64,000 bases of DNA from Fibrobacterales bacterium (GCA_051532035.1 JAOPTW010000008.1:96001-160000), one strand, 5' to 3'. Shown: positions 8,822 to 18,783, numbered from the stretch's first letter. Program-made: numbers and translations. Notes: a model not told the origin generated them from the letters alone.

Positions 8822-10927
8822 ATGGAGATTTCATCCGGCGTATTTAATCTCAATCAGTTTAATAACACGGTATCCATAGGGAGATCTTCTGCCTGTGATA
8901 TCGTGTTAAATGATTTTACAGTATCACGCAGACACGCTGAGATTATTCAAAGCGATAATGGTTATGAAATTCGCGATACCGACAGTCAATCAGGGCTCTA
9001 TGTTAATGATGCCCCAACCGCACTTACATTGTTACACAGCGGAGATGAGATCCGAATTGGCACTCACATCTTGAAGTATCAGGCACTCCAAAAGCAACAC
9101 TCACTCTATTTGAGTAAACACGAAGACCGTCTATCCTTTTGTAATATTGAAGATACTGAAACTATTTTTTTTGGACGATCCAAACAGAACAAACTCTCCT
9201 ATGAAATACCAGACCTTCCTCAAGTTTTTCTCAGTGCTGAGCGCACTGGGAATGAACTCACCTTTCGAGCCCTGAATACTCAACTCACCGCACCATCGGG
9301 AAAACGTCAACGCAGCTTTTCACTCTTGAGTGGTGAGGTTGCCCATTTTAAACAGTTCTCACTTGAATTCTCTGGCTCAGAGATCATCCTCTATAGAAAT
9401 ACTTTAGGAGCAAACCTCCACACTCGTGCACTCCATTGGCGTCACGACTCCTTTGCCCTCTCTGATATTTCGGTAACAGTAAATCCTGGTGAATGTGTTG
9501 CAATACTCGGCATGTCGGGAGATGGCAAATCAACTCTATTAAACTGTATCAGCGGAGCGATACACCCCGAAGCAGGGACTATCTCTATTGATGGCAAACC
9601 TTTTTCTAAAGATGCGTCATACCTCGAACAAAAAGCACCACTCTACTCTTATTTCACGGTAAGTGAATCACTCCACTACGCAGCACAATTAGTGCTCCCT
9701 TCGGACTTGACCCGCGAAGAGCGGACAATAAAAGTTACCGACCTCCTCAATCTTTTCGATCTGACAGAAGTAGCAAACTTACTCAATAGTAAATTAAGTG
9801 GTGGACAACAAAAACGACTTGCGCTTGCTATCGAACTCATATCAAGCCCAACCCTTCTGCTTCTAGATGAGCCGACATCAGGCCTCGATCCACTCAATGA
9901 CTCACTGCTCACCGACTACCTTTCAGGCATAACAACTGCTGGGCACACAGTGGTAATGACAACCCACAACTACAACGACCTCCATAAGTTTAATCGCATT
10001 ATACTCCTTCAAAAAGGGCAACTCATATTTCAAGGCACCCCTAATCAAGCCCTTGATTATTTTAATGTGGACCAGTTTCATAAGATACTTGATAAAATCA
10101 GACTCTATAACGCTGATGAAAACAGAGAGAAACTCAAAGAGTCGGCACTTATCTTACAGGAATCAACGGAGACTCAGGCAGTAAATACCCACACATGGAC
10201 ATTTACCGTTGCAACCCGCTCTCCCTTCTTACCAACCCTTACCCGTTTTTACAAACAGTTCTTTCGCGACTCCGGCAGAGTTGCCCTCACTATCTCTCAA
10301 CCCTTTATTCTTGGTATTCTCTTACTCCTCATATTTGATACTCAATCATCGCACTGGACCATGGCGTTTACTCTCGTTATCTGCTCCCTTTGGTATGCGC
10401 TCTCAAATTCAATAAAAGAAGTAGTTCAAGAGAAAGAGATGGTTGCCAAAGAGCTTAAAAAAGGGCTAAAAATAGTCCCTTACATCTGTGCAAAAGCACT
10501 CCCCTTGACGGTACTTTCAACATTTCAAATTACGGTGACCTTTTTTATTCTCAAACTATTTTATGGCTTTGAATGGGATAGCCTCTACAGCTTTTCGATT
10601 TTTTGTGCCACTTCTCTTGCAGGAACTACTCTTGGACTCCTAGCCAGCACCCTTGCACGGACCCATAATCAAGCACTCTCGTCACTGCCACTCATACTGA
10701 TACCACAAGTTCTCTTTGCAGGGGCACTGGTTGAAGTCGATCTTTTTTCGACCATAGGGCACTCACTCTCTCACCTCTTTTTTAGTCGGTGGAGTTATGA
10801 TCTCTTAAAGTCCGTGTTTGTTGATTCGGTTCCTAAAATAGAACTCTTTATGCCCATTGGAATAATAGTCTTACTCTGTGTTCTTATACAGTGGTGGTAT
10901 ATTGCATCACTTAAAAAAAATAGATAG
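8822..10927 (+). CDS. FHA-domain ABC transporter (FHA + degenerate FHA + ABC ATPase + ABC-2 permease; Rv1747-like)
   Basis: IGRS...VSRRHA FHA motif; Walker A GMSGDGKST, LSGGQ and LLLDEPTSGLD; C-terminal TM helices. Confidence 0.85.
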   Translation: MEISSGVFNLNQFNNTVSIGRSSACDIVLNDFTVSRRHAEIIQSDNGYEIRDTDSQSGLYVNDAPTALTLLHSGDEIRIGTHILKYQALQKQHSLYLSKHEDRLSFCNIEDTETIFFGRSKQNKLSYEIPDLPQVFLSAERTGNELTFRALNTQLTAPSGKRQRSFSLLSGEVAHFKQFSLEFSGSEIILYRNTLGANLHTRALHWRHDSFALSDISVTVNPGECVAILGMSGDGKSTLLNCISGAIHPEAGTISIDGKPFSKDASYLEQKAPLYSYFTVSESLHYAAQLVLPSDLTREERTIKVTDLLNLFDLTEVANLLNSKLSGGQQKRLALAIELISSPTLLLLDEPTSGLDPLNDSLLTDYLSGITTAGHTVVMTTHNYNDLHKFNRIILLQKGQLIFQGTPNQALDYFNVDQFHKILDKIRLYNADENREKLKESALILQESTETQAVNTHTWTFTVATRSPFLPTLTRFYKQFFRDSGRVALTISQPFILGILLLLIFDTQSSHWTMAFTLVICSLWYALSNSIKEVVQEKEMVAKELKKGLKIVPYICAKALPLTVLSTFQITVTFFILKLFYGFEWDSLYSFSIFCATSLAGTTLGLLASTLARTHNQALSSLPLILIPQVLFAGALVEVDLFSTIGHSLSHLFFSRWSYDLLKSVFVDSVPKIELFMPIGIIVLLCVLIQWWYIASLKKNR

Positions 10928-10956
10928 CCCATTCTATTTGATAGAGCGAGACAAGG

Positions 10957-11355
10957 TTAATCAAGAACCTCATACTCCGCAGCCACTTCATCTTTCTTGA
11001 GGCCCTTTTTACTCATCAGCCCTTTAACAGATGCAAGAACAGGTTTTCGCACTACTGGACTCAGACAACTAAAACCAACAACATCAGTGAGTACCCCAGG
11101 AGTAAGAAGGAGTACAGAGCCAACCAAAATTATCGCACCTTCGATAATTTCATCTTTGGGCATTACCCCCGAAGAGAGTTTCCCTTGAATTTCAGAAATT
11201 ATTTTTAGGCCTTGGCTTTTAGCATATTTGGCCCCAATTATCGCGGTCACAACAATTAAAACAATTGTAGGAATAAACCCAATGCGTGCTCCTACAAAGA
11301 AGAGAAGCATTATTTCAATAACGGGAACAAATAAAAAGAGTAAAAACAGTTTCAT
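10957..11355 (-). CDS. fxsA: FxsA family membrane protein
   Basis: P.IEI...G and LLLTPG.LTD..G motifs. Confidence 0.88.
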   Translation of the reverse strand: MKLFLLFLFVPVIEIMLLFFVGARIGFIPTIVLIVVTAIIGAKYAKSQGLKIISEIQGKLSSGVMPKDEIIEGAIILVGSVLLLTPGVLTDVVGFSCLSPVVRKPVLASVKGLMSKKGLKKDEVAAEYEVLD

Positions 11356-11407
11356 AGGAATTTTCTATAATTAACGCGGTCTTTTAATATATAAAGTAGC
11401 GGTTAAA

Positions 11408-11983
11408 GTGGCAAAGAAAAAGTTCTATGCAGTAAAGCTCAGTGATGGAAGTACAACGATCTATACCTCATGGCCTGAATGTGAAAAAGCGGTCAAAGGA
11501 GTGAAAGGTGTCACCTACAAAGGGTTCGCTACTAAAGACGAAGCAGAGGTTTTTCTCTCTCCCGACCCTATTATACCTGATACGGGAATATTTGCCTATG
11601 TAGACGGTTCATTTACTCCCAAACAGAAGCACGGAGGCTGGGGAATCGTTATTGTTGAAAACGGAGTAGAACTCCATAGAGACTTTGGGCGCACCATTGG
11701 TGATGCTCTGAGCAGAAACATTGATGGCGAGGTTACCGGAGCCATGAAAGCTATTGAATGGGCAGAAGACCACCTTCAGCCCGTAACCATTTGCCATGAT
11801 TATACGGGAATTCGTCACTGGGCACTCAAAGAGTGGAAAGCCTCATCAGAGATCGCTCAACAGTACCAAGCTTTTTGTGAAGGACGAATCGCTGGCATCA
11901 CCTTTAAAAAGGTAGCAGCACACAGTGGTGATCATTGGAATGATATTGCTGACGAACTCGCAAAGAAAGGGTGCGAGCTTTAA
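11408..11983 (+). CDS. rnhA: Ribonuclease HI with N-terminal viroplasmin (hybrid-binding) domain
   Basis: KFYAV...W.EC...VKG..YKGF N-terminal domain; YVDGS, GE, HDY.G and HSGD.WN.IAD catalytic motifs. Confidence 0.9.
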   Translation: MAKKKFYAVKLSDGSTTIYTSWPECEKAVKGVKGVTYKGFATKDEAEVFLSPDPIIPDTGIFAYVDGSFTPKQKHGGWGIVIVENGVELHRDFGRTIGDALSRNIDGEVTGAMKAIEWAEDHLQPVTICHDYTGIRHWALKEWKASSEIAQQYQAFCEGRIAGITFKKVAAHSGDHWNDIADELAKKGCEL

Positions 11984-12000
11984 TGTTCAAACGAAAGTGA

Positions 12001-12186
12001 TCACTTAAAAGTCACATCGCCTTTGCAATGATCTTTAAGGTGGCAATTTTTCTCTCTAAAAATTGCTGCATATTTTTTGATCCAATCTTTAATTGCGGCG
12101 CTTCCAAGGTCACGACCCGCCTTTTCAGACTCAATCCATTTATGCCTTTTCATTTCCTCAATTTCTGCTTTGAGATACTCTGTCAC
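12001..12186 (-). CDS. Small DUF4032-like protein
   Basis: E...HKWIESEKAGRDLG..A..DW...Y motif. GTG at 12186 is preceded by GGGGAG. Confidence 0.7.
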   Translation of the reverse strand: MTEYLKAEIEEMKRHKWIESEKAGRDLGSAAIKDWIKKYAAIFREKNCHLKDHCKGDVTFK

Positions 12187-12232
12187 AGATACTCCCCTAT
12201 ATATGACTCTCACCCAGAAATAAAATAAGTTA

Positions 12233-13213
12233 TTATCCGTTTCTCGTCATACAGTGAAGTCCGCCACCCTCAGTTATAAGAGTTGATATATCGATAGACT
12301 TTACAATTCGATTGGGAAAAATATCTTCAAAAAGAGTAAAAACTTCTGCATCTTCTGATGCTCCATAGGCTGGAATGATGACGGCGCCATTTACAAAAAT
12401 AAAGTTGATGTATCCAGAGGGAAGCGCCTCTCCCTGCCACTCTCTTTGAGGTATAAAAGGACAAGGAACTATCGAAAGCGACCCAAGCTCTTCTAGAAAA
12501 TCAGCATTTTCTTTCATTCGACGGTACTCTTTATGGTCTTTTTGAGGTAAAAAAAGCAAAACAGTTGAGTCATCGATAAAGCGTACAATGTTATCCACAT
12601 GACCATCAGTATGATCACATTCAAGACCATGCGGAATCCAAACAAGAGTATCTATACCTATATTTTGGCTGCACCAGTCAGAAAACTGGACTCTTTTTAA
12701 GGTAGGGTTTCGGCTCGACGCGAAGAAACATTCATCGATAGTAAGCATCGTGCCTGAACCATTAATTTCAAGATTTCCTCCTTCAGTTATTACTGAAGAT
12801 GTCAACTCGTCCAAATGTTTACATTGTAAAATTTTCTTTGCAATAGCATTATCATTCTCCCATGGGGGGTATTTCTCACCCCATGCGTTAAAAATGAAAT
12901 TGACACCACCTTGGGCACCATCTTTTTCAAAAAAGAACGGCCCATAATCCCTAATCCAAATATCATCCGTTTTCATATGATGAAAGGTTAAGGAAAAGTT
13001 ACACTCCCCACTCTTCCCTTTCACAAACTCTTCTGTTTCACTATCAGGTACAATAAGATCAACTGGTTGAAACTCAAGGATAAGTGCAATCAAATCTATA
13101 TAAAATTCGCGAAGCTTAGAAAGACGCTCCCCCCAATGCTTTTGATTATGAGGCCACGCAAGCCAAACCGTCTCTTGATGTTCCCACTCGGCTCTACAAC
13201 GCACACTACTCAT
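12233..13213 (-). CDS. aguA: Agmatine deiminase family protein
   Basis: AEWE..., DIWIRDYGP, EGGN, DHTDGHVD and GGGLHC motifs. ATG at 13213. Confidence 0.9.
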   Translation of the reverse strand: MSSVRCRAEWEHQETVWLAWPHNQKHWGERLSKLREFYIDLIALILEFQPVDLIVPDSETEEFVKGKSGECNFSLTFHHMKTDDIWIRDYGPFFFEKDGAQGGVNFIFNAWGEKYPPWENDNAIAKKILQCKHLDELTSSVITEGGNLEINGSGTMLTIDECFFASSRNPTLKRVQFSDWCSQNIGIDTLVWIPHGLECDHTDGHVDNIVRFIDDSTVLLFLPQKDHKEYRRMKENADFLEELGSLSIVPCPFIPQREWQGEALPSGYINFIFVNGAVIIPAYGASEDAEVFTLFEDIFPNRIVKSIDISTLITEGGGLHCMTRNG

Positions 13214-14117
13214 GCCACGTCCTTTTACACACCATACCAGTCTGTACCTTTGCGACACCTTTTTCGAGCAAAGACTCAAAAGCGTCAACTCTTCGATCCC
13301 TAAAGAATGGCCAAACATCAAGATGAGCTCTGTTGTCTGAAAGATCGATAGTATGTACTACTGCTTCTTCTTGTGTTGTAGCGTTATTCTCTAACTGGCC
13401 ATTAGGCTTACACAAAAATGAATTGCCCCAAAAGCTAATAGTGCCTTCTATTCCAATGCGGTTCACTGCAATAGTATGCACTCCATTTGCAATACTATGC
13501 GCACGCATAGTAGTAGTCCAAGCATCGAGCTGTTCATCGTTTAGAGAATCGGGTTCGGTATCATCCCATCCAATAGCCGTAGGGTAAAGTAAAAAATCCG
13601 CCCCTTTAAGAGCCATAATTCGTGCTGCCTCAGGAAACCACTGGTCCCAACAGATAAGCACACCCAATGTACCGACACTGGTTACTATAGGAGTAAAACC
13701 TTTGGTTCCCTCTTCAAAATAGTACTTCTCATAAAAGCCTGGGTCATAGGGTATATGCATCTTTTGATATTCCCCAGCAATTGTTCCGTCACGTTCATAC
13801 ACCACTGTACTGTTGTAATAATGAGAACCAGATTTCTCGTAGTAAGGCACAACGACAACGGCATTCATTGATTGGGCAAGCTCTTTAAACCCAGTAAATA
13901 TAGGGTCTTCAATGGTACGCGCGTAATCGAGAAACGCATCTTCTTCTGTGAGACAAAAATATTCATGGAGTACGAGCTCAGGAAACACAATCAGCTCAAC
14001 CCCTTTTAGGGTGTAGGCCAACTGAAGATAATGAGATACTGTCAATTCCATATTCCCTTGGTATGAACTCTGTACCCACCCCACTTGTACAGTCCTACTC
14101 TCAGTGATACTATTCAT
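13206..14117 (-). CDS. aguB: N-carbamoylputrescine amidase (nitrilase family)
   Basis: FPEL, KMHIP.DPGFYEKYYF, ICWDQWFPE and WPFFRDRR motifs; overlaps aguA. Confidence 0.88.
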   Translation of the reverse strand: MNSITESRTVQVGWVQSSYQGNMELTVSHYLQLAYTLKGVELIVFPELVLHEYFCLTEEDAFLDYARTIEDPIFTGFKELAQSMNAVVVVPYYEKSGSHYYNSTVVYERDGTIAGEYQKMHIPYDPGFYEKYYFEEGTKGFTPIVTSVGTLGVLICWDQWFPEAARIMALKGADFLLYPTAIGWDDTEPDSLNDEQLDAWTTTMRAHSIANGVHTIAVNRIGIEGTISFWGNSFLCKPNGQLENNATTQEEAVVHTIDLSDNRAHLDVWPFFRDRRVDAFESLLEKGVAKVQTGMVCKRTWHE

Positions 14118-14214
14118 TAAAGTTCTCCTACAATCTCACTGGGTAAAGTTCATAGCCACAGGAGCAGTAATTTAGTTAGCTTTGTGTAGTAAATGTACTT
14201 TTTTGCACGGACCT

Positions 14215-15468
14215 ATGAAACCTATTTGCCTCTCAAAACGCTCAAACCTTACTACCGAGTCACCCATAAACTGGTTGATTCAGTACGATATATCTCATCC
14301 CGATGTCATTTCTCTTGCCGCTGGGCTCGTGGACTACCCAAGCCTCCCGCAAGATTCTCTGATTTCGTCAATGAGCTCTATCCTTAAAGAGGACGCAAAA
14401 GCTCAAAAAGTTCTCCAATACGGAAGTACCCAAGGGAACCCACAGCTTCGCGAAGAGATCGCTGTCCATGTATCAGATCAGGAGAGTGAAAAATCACATT
14501 TTTACGCTGATGATTGTATTGTGACCAATGGATCACAGCAGCTCCTCTACCTCATTGCAGACACACTCCTCAACCCCGGGGATATTGTGCTCCTCGAGGC
14601 CCCAACCTACTTTGTCTTTATGGACACTCTTAGAATTTTTGGTGTTGAATGCGTTAATATTACAATGGACTCGAATGGCCTTAGGCCCGATGCACTCCGA
14701 GATACCCTTGAGACACTTAAAAGCCAAGGGCAACTCTCTCGGGTTAAGTTTCTCTACACCGTGGATTATTTTCAAAACCCCACAGGCATTTCACTCAGTG
14801 AGGAACGGAAGCCTGAAATATTAGAGATTATTAAAGAGTATAGTAGTGAAAACCAAATACTTATTTTAGAAGACGCTGCCTATCGAGATCTATCCTTTAC
14901 TCCAGAAAAAACACACTCTATCAAGTATTATGACTTTGAAAACGAGTGGGTCATGTACACCTCTACCTTTTCAAAGCCCTACTGCCCAGGCATAAAATTG
15001 GGGTATGGTATTCTTCCACCGCTTATTATGGAGTACGTAGTTCGGCACAAAGGGAACCACGATTTTGGCACTCCTCACCTAAATCAACACCTCGCATTGG
15101 ACGCACTAAAAAACCGCACTTATCACAAACAGTATTTGAAGTTACAAAATGTCTATGCCGAAAAAGCAAAGGTTATGATTGCAGCTATGGAGAAACACTT
15201 CCCCAAAGACGTAACCTATCATATTCCCGAAGGGGGGTTTTACATATGGGTAACGCTACCCGATGGAATTTCAACTGATAGAGAATCAACACTCTTTAGC
15301 AACTGCCTTAAATACAAAGTGCTCTACGTTCCTGGTGAATACTGTTATTATCAAGGAGAGCATTCTGATCACTCACTCGGTCATAACCAGATGAGACTTT
15401 CGTATGGAACTCCAAATATCGAAGAAATAGAAGAGGGTATTAAGCGATTGGCCCAAGCACTTAAATAA
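14215..15468 (+). CDS. PLP-dependent aminotransferase (LysN/2-aminoadipate transaminase-like)
   Basis: LQYG.T.G, FQNPTG, EDAAY, TFSK...PG and PEGGFYIW motifs. Confidence 0.82.
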   Translation: MKPICLSKRSNLTTESPINWLIQYDISHPDVISLAAGLVDYPSLPQDSLISSMSSILKEDAKAQKVLQYGSTQGNPQLREEIAVHVSDQESEKSHFYADDCIVTNGSQQLLYLIADTLLNPGDIVLLEAPTYFVFMDTLRIFGVECVNITMDSNGLRPDALRDTLETLKSQGQLSRVKFLYTVDYFQNPTGISLSEERKPEILEIIKEYSSENQILILEDAAYRDLSFTPEKTHSIKYYDFENEWVMYTSTFSKPYCPGIKLGYGILPPLIMEYVVRHKGNHDFGTPHLNQHLALDALKNRTYHKQYLKLQNVYAEKAKVMIAAMEKHFPKDVTYHIPEGGFYIWVTLPDGISTDRESTLFSNCLKYKVLYVPGEYCYYQGEHSDHSLGHNQMRLSYGTPNIEEIEEGIKRLAQALK

Positions 15469-15470
15469 AA

Positions 15471-15505
15471 AACAAAAGAGGAGTACAGTGTACTCCTCTT
15501 TTGTT
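15471..15505. terminator. Bidirectional intrinsic terminator
   Basis: AACAAAAGAGGAGTAA-type inverted repeat (AACAAAAGAGGAGTACA-G-TGTACTCCTCTTTTGTT) between convergent genes. Confidence 0.8.
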
Positions 15506-15539
15506 ATCGCTATCGTATTTTCACACTCCGTGTAAATAC

Positions 15540-15770
15540 CTACTTCTTTTTAAACATATCAGCAAGTGCACCCATATCAACCTGGGGTCCTTGAGCAGCC
15601 TTTTTATTCTCATTCATAATTCGTTCATACACCTCTTCACGGTGAACCGCAATTGACCGAGGGGCATCAATTCCCACTTTTATATTGTTACCATCAACAT
15701 CAACAATGGTGAGCTTGATATCATCGCCAATACGAATTGAATCACCAACCTTACGTGTAAGTACTAACAT
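15540..15770 (-). CDS. csrA: Carbon storage regulator CsrA
   Basis: MLVLTRK.G.SI.IGDDI...[15 protein letters not shown], with the C-terminal extension typical of FliW-regulated CsrA. Confidence 0.97.
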   Translation of the reverse strand: MLVLTRKVGDSIRIGDDIKLTIVDVDGNNIKVGIDAPRSIAVHREEVYERIMNENKKAAQGPQVDMGALADMFKKK

Positions 15771-16201
15771 TATGCACCTCCACCCAGGATCGGTTCAGCA
15801 ACCGAATATCTCCCATCGTCTAAGATGAGCTGTTTACCAATCTGCTTTTTAATATTTATTAATACAGGGCCCGTTAAATTAGCCGTCGACTGTGACATAT
15901 CCTTGTGTAATGTTACTATAACATAAAAAAGTAACTCTTCTTTTGACTGCAACTCAAGGTCTGCGATGTGTGCTTTATTCATTGCAGGGTCATAATCTGG
16001 CTTAAAAAGCATTGGGTTAACAATAACAAATTTTATGCCAGGCTCATCAATACTCTGTAAGAAATGAAATGGTTCATACTCTTTTGTTGTGGTAATCACA
16101 AACTTTTTTAATTGCTGAAAACCCGGAAGACCATTATGAAATATAATGAGTTGATCTTCGGTAAAAACAGTGTCGTCTATTGTATAAGTCTTTGTATCCA
16201 T
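15770..16201 (-). CDS. fliW: Flagellar assembly factor FliW
   Basis: F..GLPGF, LQS...F...NP..F..DY and TANL.GP..IN motifs; coupled to csrA. Confidence 0.95.
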   Translation of the reverse strand: MDTKTYTIDDTVFTEDQLIIFHNGLPGFQQLKKFVITTTKEYEPFHFLQSIDEPGIKFVIVNPMLFKPDYDPAMNKAHIADLELQSKEELLFYVIVTLHKDMSQSTANLTGPVLINIKKQIGKQLILDDGRYSVAEPILGGGA

Positions 16202-16291
16202 AAAAAGTAATGTAGTTAAAATTCAAAAAGGTAAAGGGGAAAATTGAAATAGTTTAAAAATTTGCTTTTCAATAAGTGAACATTTAGAAAC

Positions 16292-16322
16292 AAAAAATTC
16301 CGGCTGACCCAGCCGGAATTTA
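16292..16322 (-). terminator. Intrinsic terminator after flagellin
   Basis: AATTCCGGCTG-GGT-CAGCCGGAATT followed by a T run on the minus strand. Confidence 0.85.
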
Positions 16323-16343
16323 ATGAAATCAATAAAGGTGTTA

Positions 16344-17195
16344 CTAACCTTGGAGGAGACTGAGTACCGATTGCGGTACAGAGTTTGCCTGAGACAACAT
16401 AGAAGTCGAAGCCTGAGTAAGAATCTGATTTCGTGTAAACTGCGTCGTTTCGTAGGCAAAGTCAACATCTCGGATGACCGATTCAGCTGATTGCATATTT
16501 GTCTCTGACACATGTAAATTGTTAATTGCGTGATCGAGTCGATTCATAAGCGCACCAATATCTGAACGCATAGCATTGACCGAGGTCAGAGCATTATCCA
16601 GTTGATCCACTGCAATTGAAACTCCAGGACGCCCTGTAATCGCTGCACTTGAGAGACCCAATGCACCAATTGTTACCGACATAATAGAAACCTGGAAGGT
16701 ATCAATACCCACACGATTATTTGCGCCAACATGCAGAACAGATGCCGCTCCACCTGACACACCAAATGATCCCGCAGCACCATCAATGAGTGTAACCCCA
16801 TTGTATTGGGTAGTCAAAGATGTTCTTTGAATTTCCTCTTTAAGAGCTTGAAATTCCTGATCGAGGTAGCCACGGTCAGTTGAAGTCAAGGTGTCATTGT
16901 CTGATTGTATTGCAAGCTCACGCATACGCTGGAGCATTGATGAAATTTCGTTTGCTGCACCCTCAGCAATTCTCAGAAGTGCAGTACCATCACCGGCATT
17001 TTTAATTGCCATTCTGGTTCCTCGAACTTGTGTTCTTAACTGTTCAGACACTGATAAGCCTGCGGCGTCATCTGAAGCTCTGTTAACTCGAAGTCCTGTA
17101 GACAACCGTTCTAGTGATGTCTGTAAGGCATTATTCGATCTCCCTAGCGATGCCTGAGTAATCATTGCAGATATATTATGATTAATCCTAGTCAT
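16344..17195 (-). CDS. fliC: Flagellin (short, 283 aa, little or no D2/D3)
   Basis: RINHNISA...LERLSTGLRVNRASDDAAG N-terminus and RS.IGA..NRL...AESVIRDVD.A.E...ILTQAS..ML.QAN..PQ.VL.LL C-terminus. Confidence 0.97.
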   Translation of the reverse strand: MTRINHNISAMITQASLGRSNNALQTSLERLSTGLRVNRASDDAAGLSVSEQLRTQVRGTRMAIKNAGDGTALLRIAEGAANEISSMLQRMRELAIQSDNDTLTSTDRGYLDQEFQALKEEIQRTSLTTQYNGVTLIDGAAGSFGVSGGAASVLHVGANNRVGIDTFQVSIMSVTIGALGLSSAAITGRPGVSIAVDQLDNALTSVNAMRSDIGALMNRLDHAINNLHVSETNMQSAESVIRDVDFAYETTQFTRNQILTQASTSMLSQANSVPQSVLSLLQG

Positions 17196-17254
17196 TTGAT
17201 TCCATTCCTTTCGGTTCTTCTTCCTAACCTGTTACTTGACCTACTACACATTAA

Positions 17255-17270
17255 AGCAAGTAGTGTGCCA
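17255..17270 (-). promoter_or_regulatory. sigma54 (-24/-12) promoter of flagellin
   Basis: Minus strand TGGCAC-ACTAC-TTGCT, an exact match to TGGCAC-N5-TTGCW, about 60 nt upstream of the ATG. Confidence 0.85.
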
Positions 17271-17505
17271 ATTATTAAAAGCTGTTTTTTTGTATAAAAT
17301 AAGCCATATTTCTGATCAAATACCTGCAGGCAACCCCTAGAGTGATTTTTTTTCCGAAGTTAAGGAACATAATGCCTTATTTCTTGTATGAAAACTTAAA
17401 GAAATTGGTAACCTGAGACCATACGTTTAATCCCCCCCCCAATAAGCCCCTACAACCAAAGGATTTACACGAATCATACTTGCGTTGATAGTTGAAGTAA
17501 AAAAT

Positions 17506-17536
17506 AAAAGGCCCTGTTTTAACACAGGGCCTTTTT
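17506..17536 (-). terminator. Intrinsic terminator after flgL
   Basis: AAAAGGCCCTGT-TTTAAC-ACAGGGCCTTTT inverted repeat. Confidence 0.85.
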
Positions 17537-17564
17537 GAGAGCATTATTATAAGACTCGAGCTAA

Positions 17565-18782
17565 CTACACATAATTAGCCAGTGTTGGCTGAAGTACCTT
17601 AGAGGCGGATTGTAGTGACGCCTGATACACTGATTCCTGTAACTGGAAGCGGGATATCGCTTCTGCAAAGTCAAGGTCTTCAAGCTCGGATTGAATACGG
17701 GTCGATTCAATAATTTTATCGGCAAGGCGATCTCGCCCAGCCGTAATCTTATTTGTCCGCGCACCAGCGGTAGCCTGAGCCGAAAGCAATCGCTCAAAAG
17801 CTGCGTCAATATCAGTAATTGACTCCTCTATTTTAATAGGGTCATTCTGCTCGAGACCATACAACATAATGTTAATCGATTCAAACAGATCCGTTTCATT
17901 AATTTTTCCAAATATTTCATCCGGAATAAGATTAATCTGACCGGTCACACTTTCATCAAGCTGCCGCATTATTGAGCCCGTCATATCGTGCTCACTTCTA
18001 CGAATCCATTCATAGTCAATGCTAAACCCAGAGGCCTGAGCCGCTTGAGCATTTGCCGTGAGGTTACCTGGGTTACCGGGGTCATCAATAAACGTTATAG
18101 TACCATCAGGATAGTTGATAGTATAATCAACATTCTCAGTTAATCCTGTAATAGTAACCGTACCAGGCACCATCCCTTTAACTTCAGGATACCCGAGAAG
18201 ATTAGGGGTGTTTTGACCATCATTGAGGTCTCTATCAAAGAGTTGATGAGTCGACCCTGGGAACATACCTCCAGCTGCTTGTTCAGTATTATCGTTGAGA
18301 TCATTCACAGCAGTATAAAACTCCTCTGTTGATGATTCAACCACATACGGTTGCTTATCAGTATTGGTACCAGAAAAGAGAAAGTCGCCTTTATAAGTTG
18401 AATTTGAAACTGACACCATTTGATAGAGCAACTGACGTACTTCTCGAGCAATATATTCACGCTCCACTGCAGTATTCGTTGAGTTAGCACCCTGAATAGC
18501 GCGCTCACGTATAGACTGTAATACATTATTACTTGAGTTTAGTGTTGCGTCAACCATGAGCAAATATGACTCTGCATCTTGGGTATTCCGTACATACTGA
18601 TGCTTAGTACTAATACCACTCCGAAGCTCTAGGTCATTCGTAATATCAATGGGAGCATCTGAAGGCCGGGTTATTCTTTTACCCGAAGAGAGTTGCTCTT
18701 GCGTATCTGCAAGTTTCGAGTAGTTATTTTGTAGGTTTCTTTGAACCACATTATTTATATGAGTAAACGTAACGCGTGACAT
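17565..18782 (-). CDS. flgL: Flagellar hook-associated protein 3 FlgL
   Basis: QLSSGKRI.RPSD.P N-terminus, FLFSG and DLDFAEAIS...YQASL...LQP.L C-terminus; follows flgK. Confidence 0.93.
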   Translation of the reverse strand: MSRVTFTHINNVVQRNLQNNYSKLADTQEQLSSGKRITRPSDAPIDITNDLELRSGISTKHQYVRNTQDAESYLLMVDATLNSSNNVLQSIRERAIQGANSTNTAVEREYIAREVRQLLYQMVSVSNSTYKGDFLFSGTNTDKQPYVVESSTEEFYTAVNDLNDNTEQAAGGMFPGSTHQLFDRDLNDGQNTPNLLGYPEVKGMVPGTVTITGLTENVDYTINYPDGTITFIDDPGNPGNLTANAQAAQASGFSIDYEWIRRSEHDMTGSIMRQLDESVTGQINLIPDEIFGKINETDLFESINIMLYGLEQNDPIKIEESITDIDAAFERLLSAQATAGARTNKITAGRDRLADKIIESTRIQSELEDLDFAEAISRFQLQESVYQASLQSASKVLQPTLANYV

Positions 18783-18783
18783 A

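Noticed and set aside
11408..11983. Viral or retroelement origin of the viroplasmin-domain RNase H
   Set aside because: This hybrid-binding domain fusion is common in bacterial RNase HI, and no RT or mobile genes are nearby.
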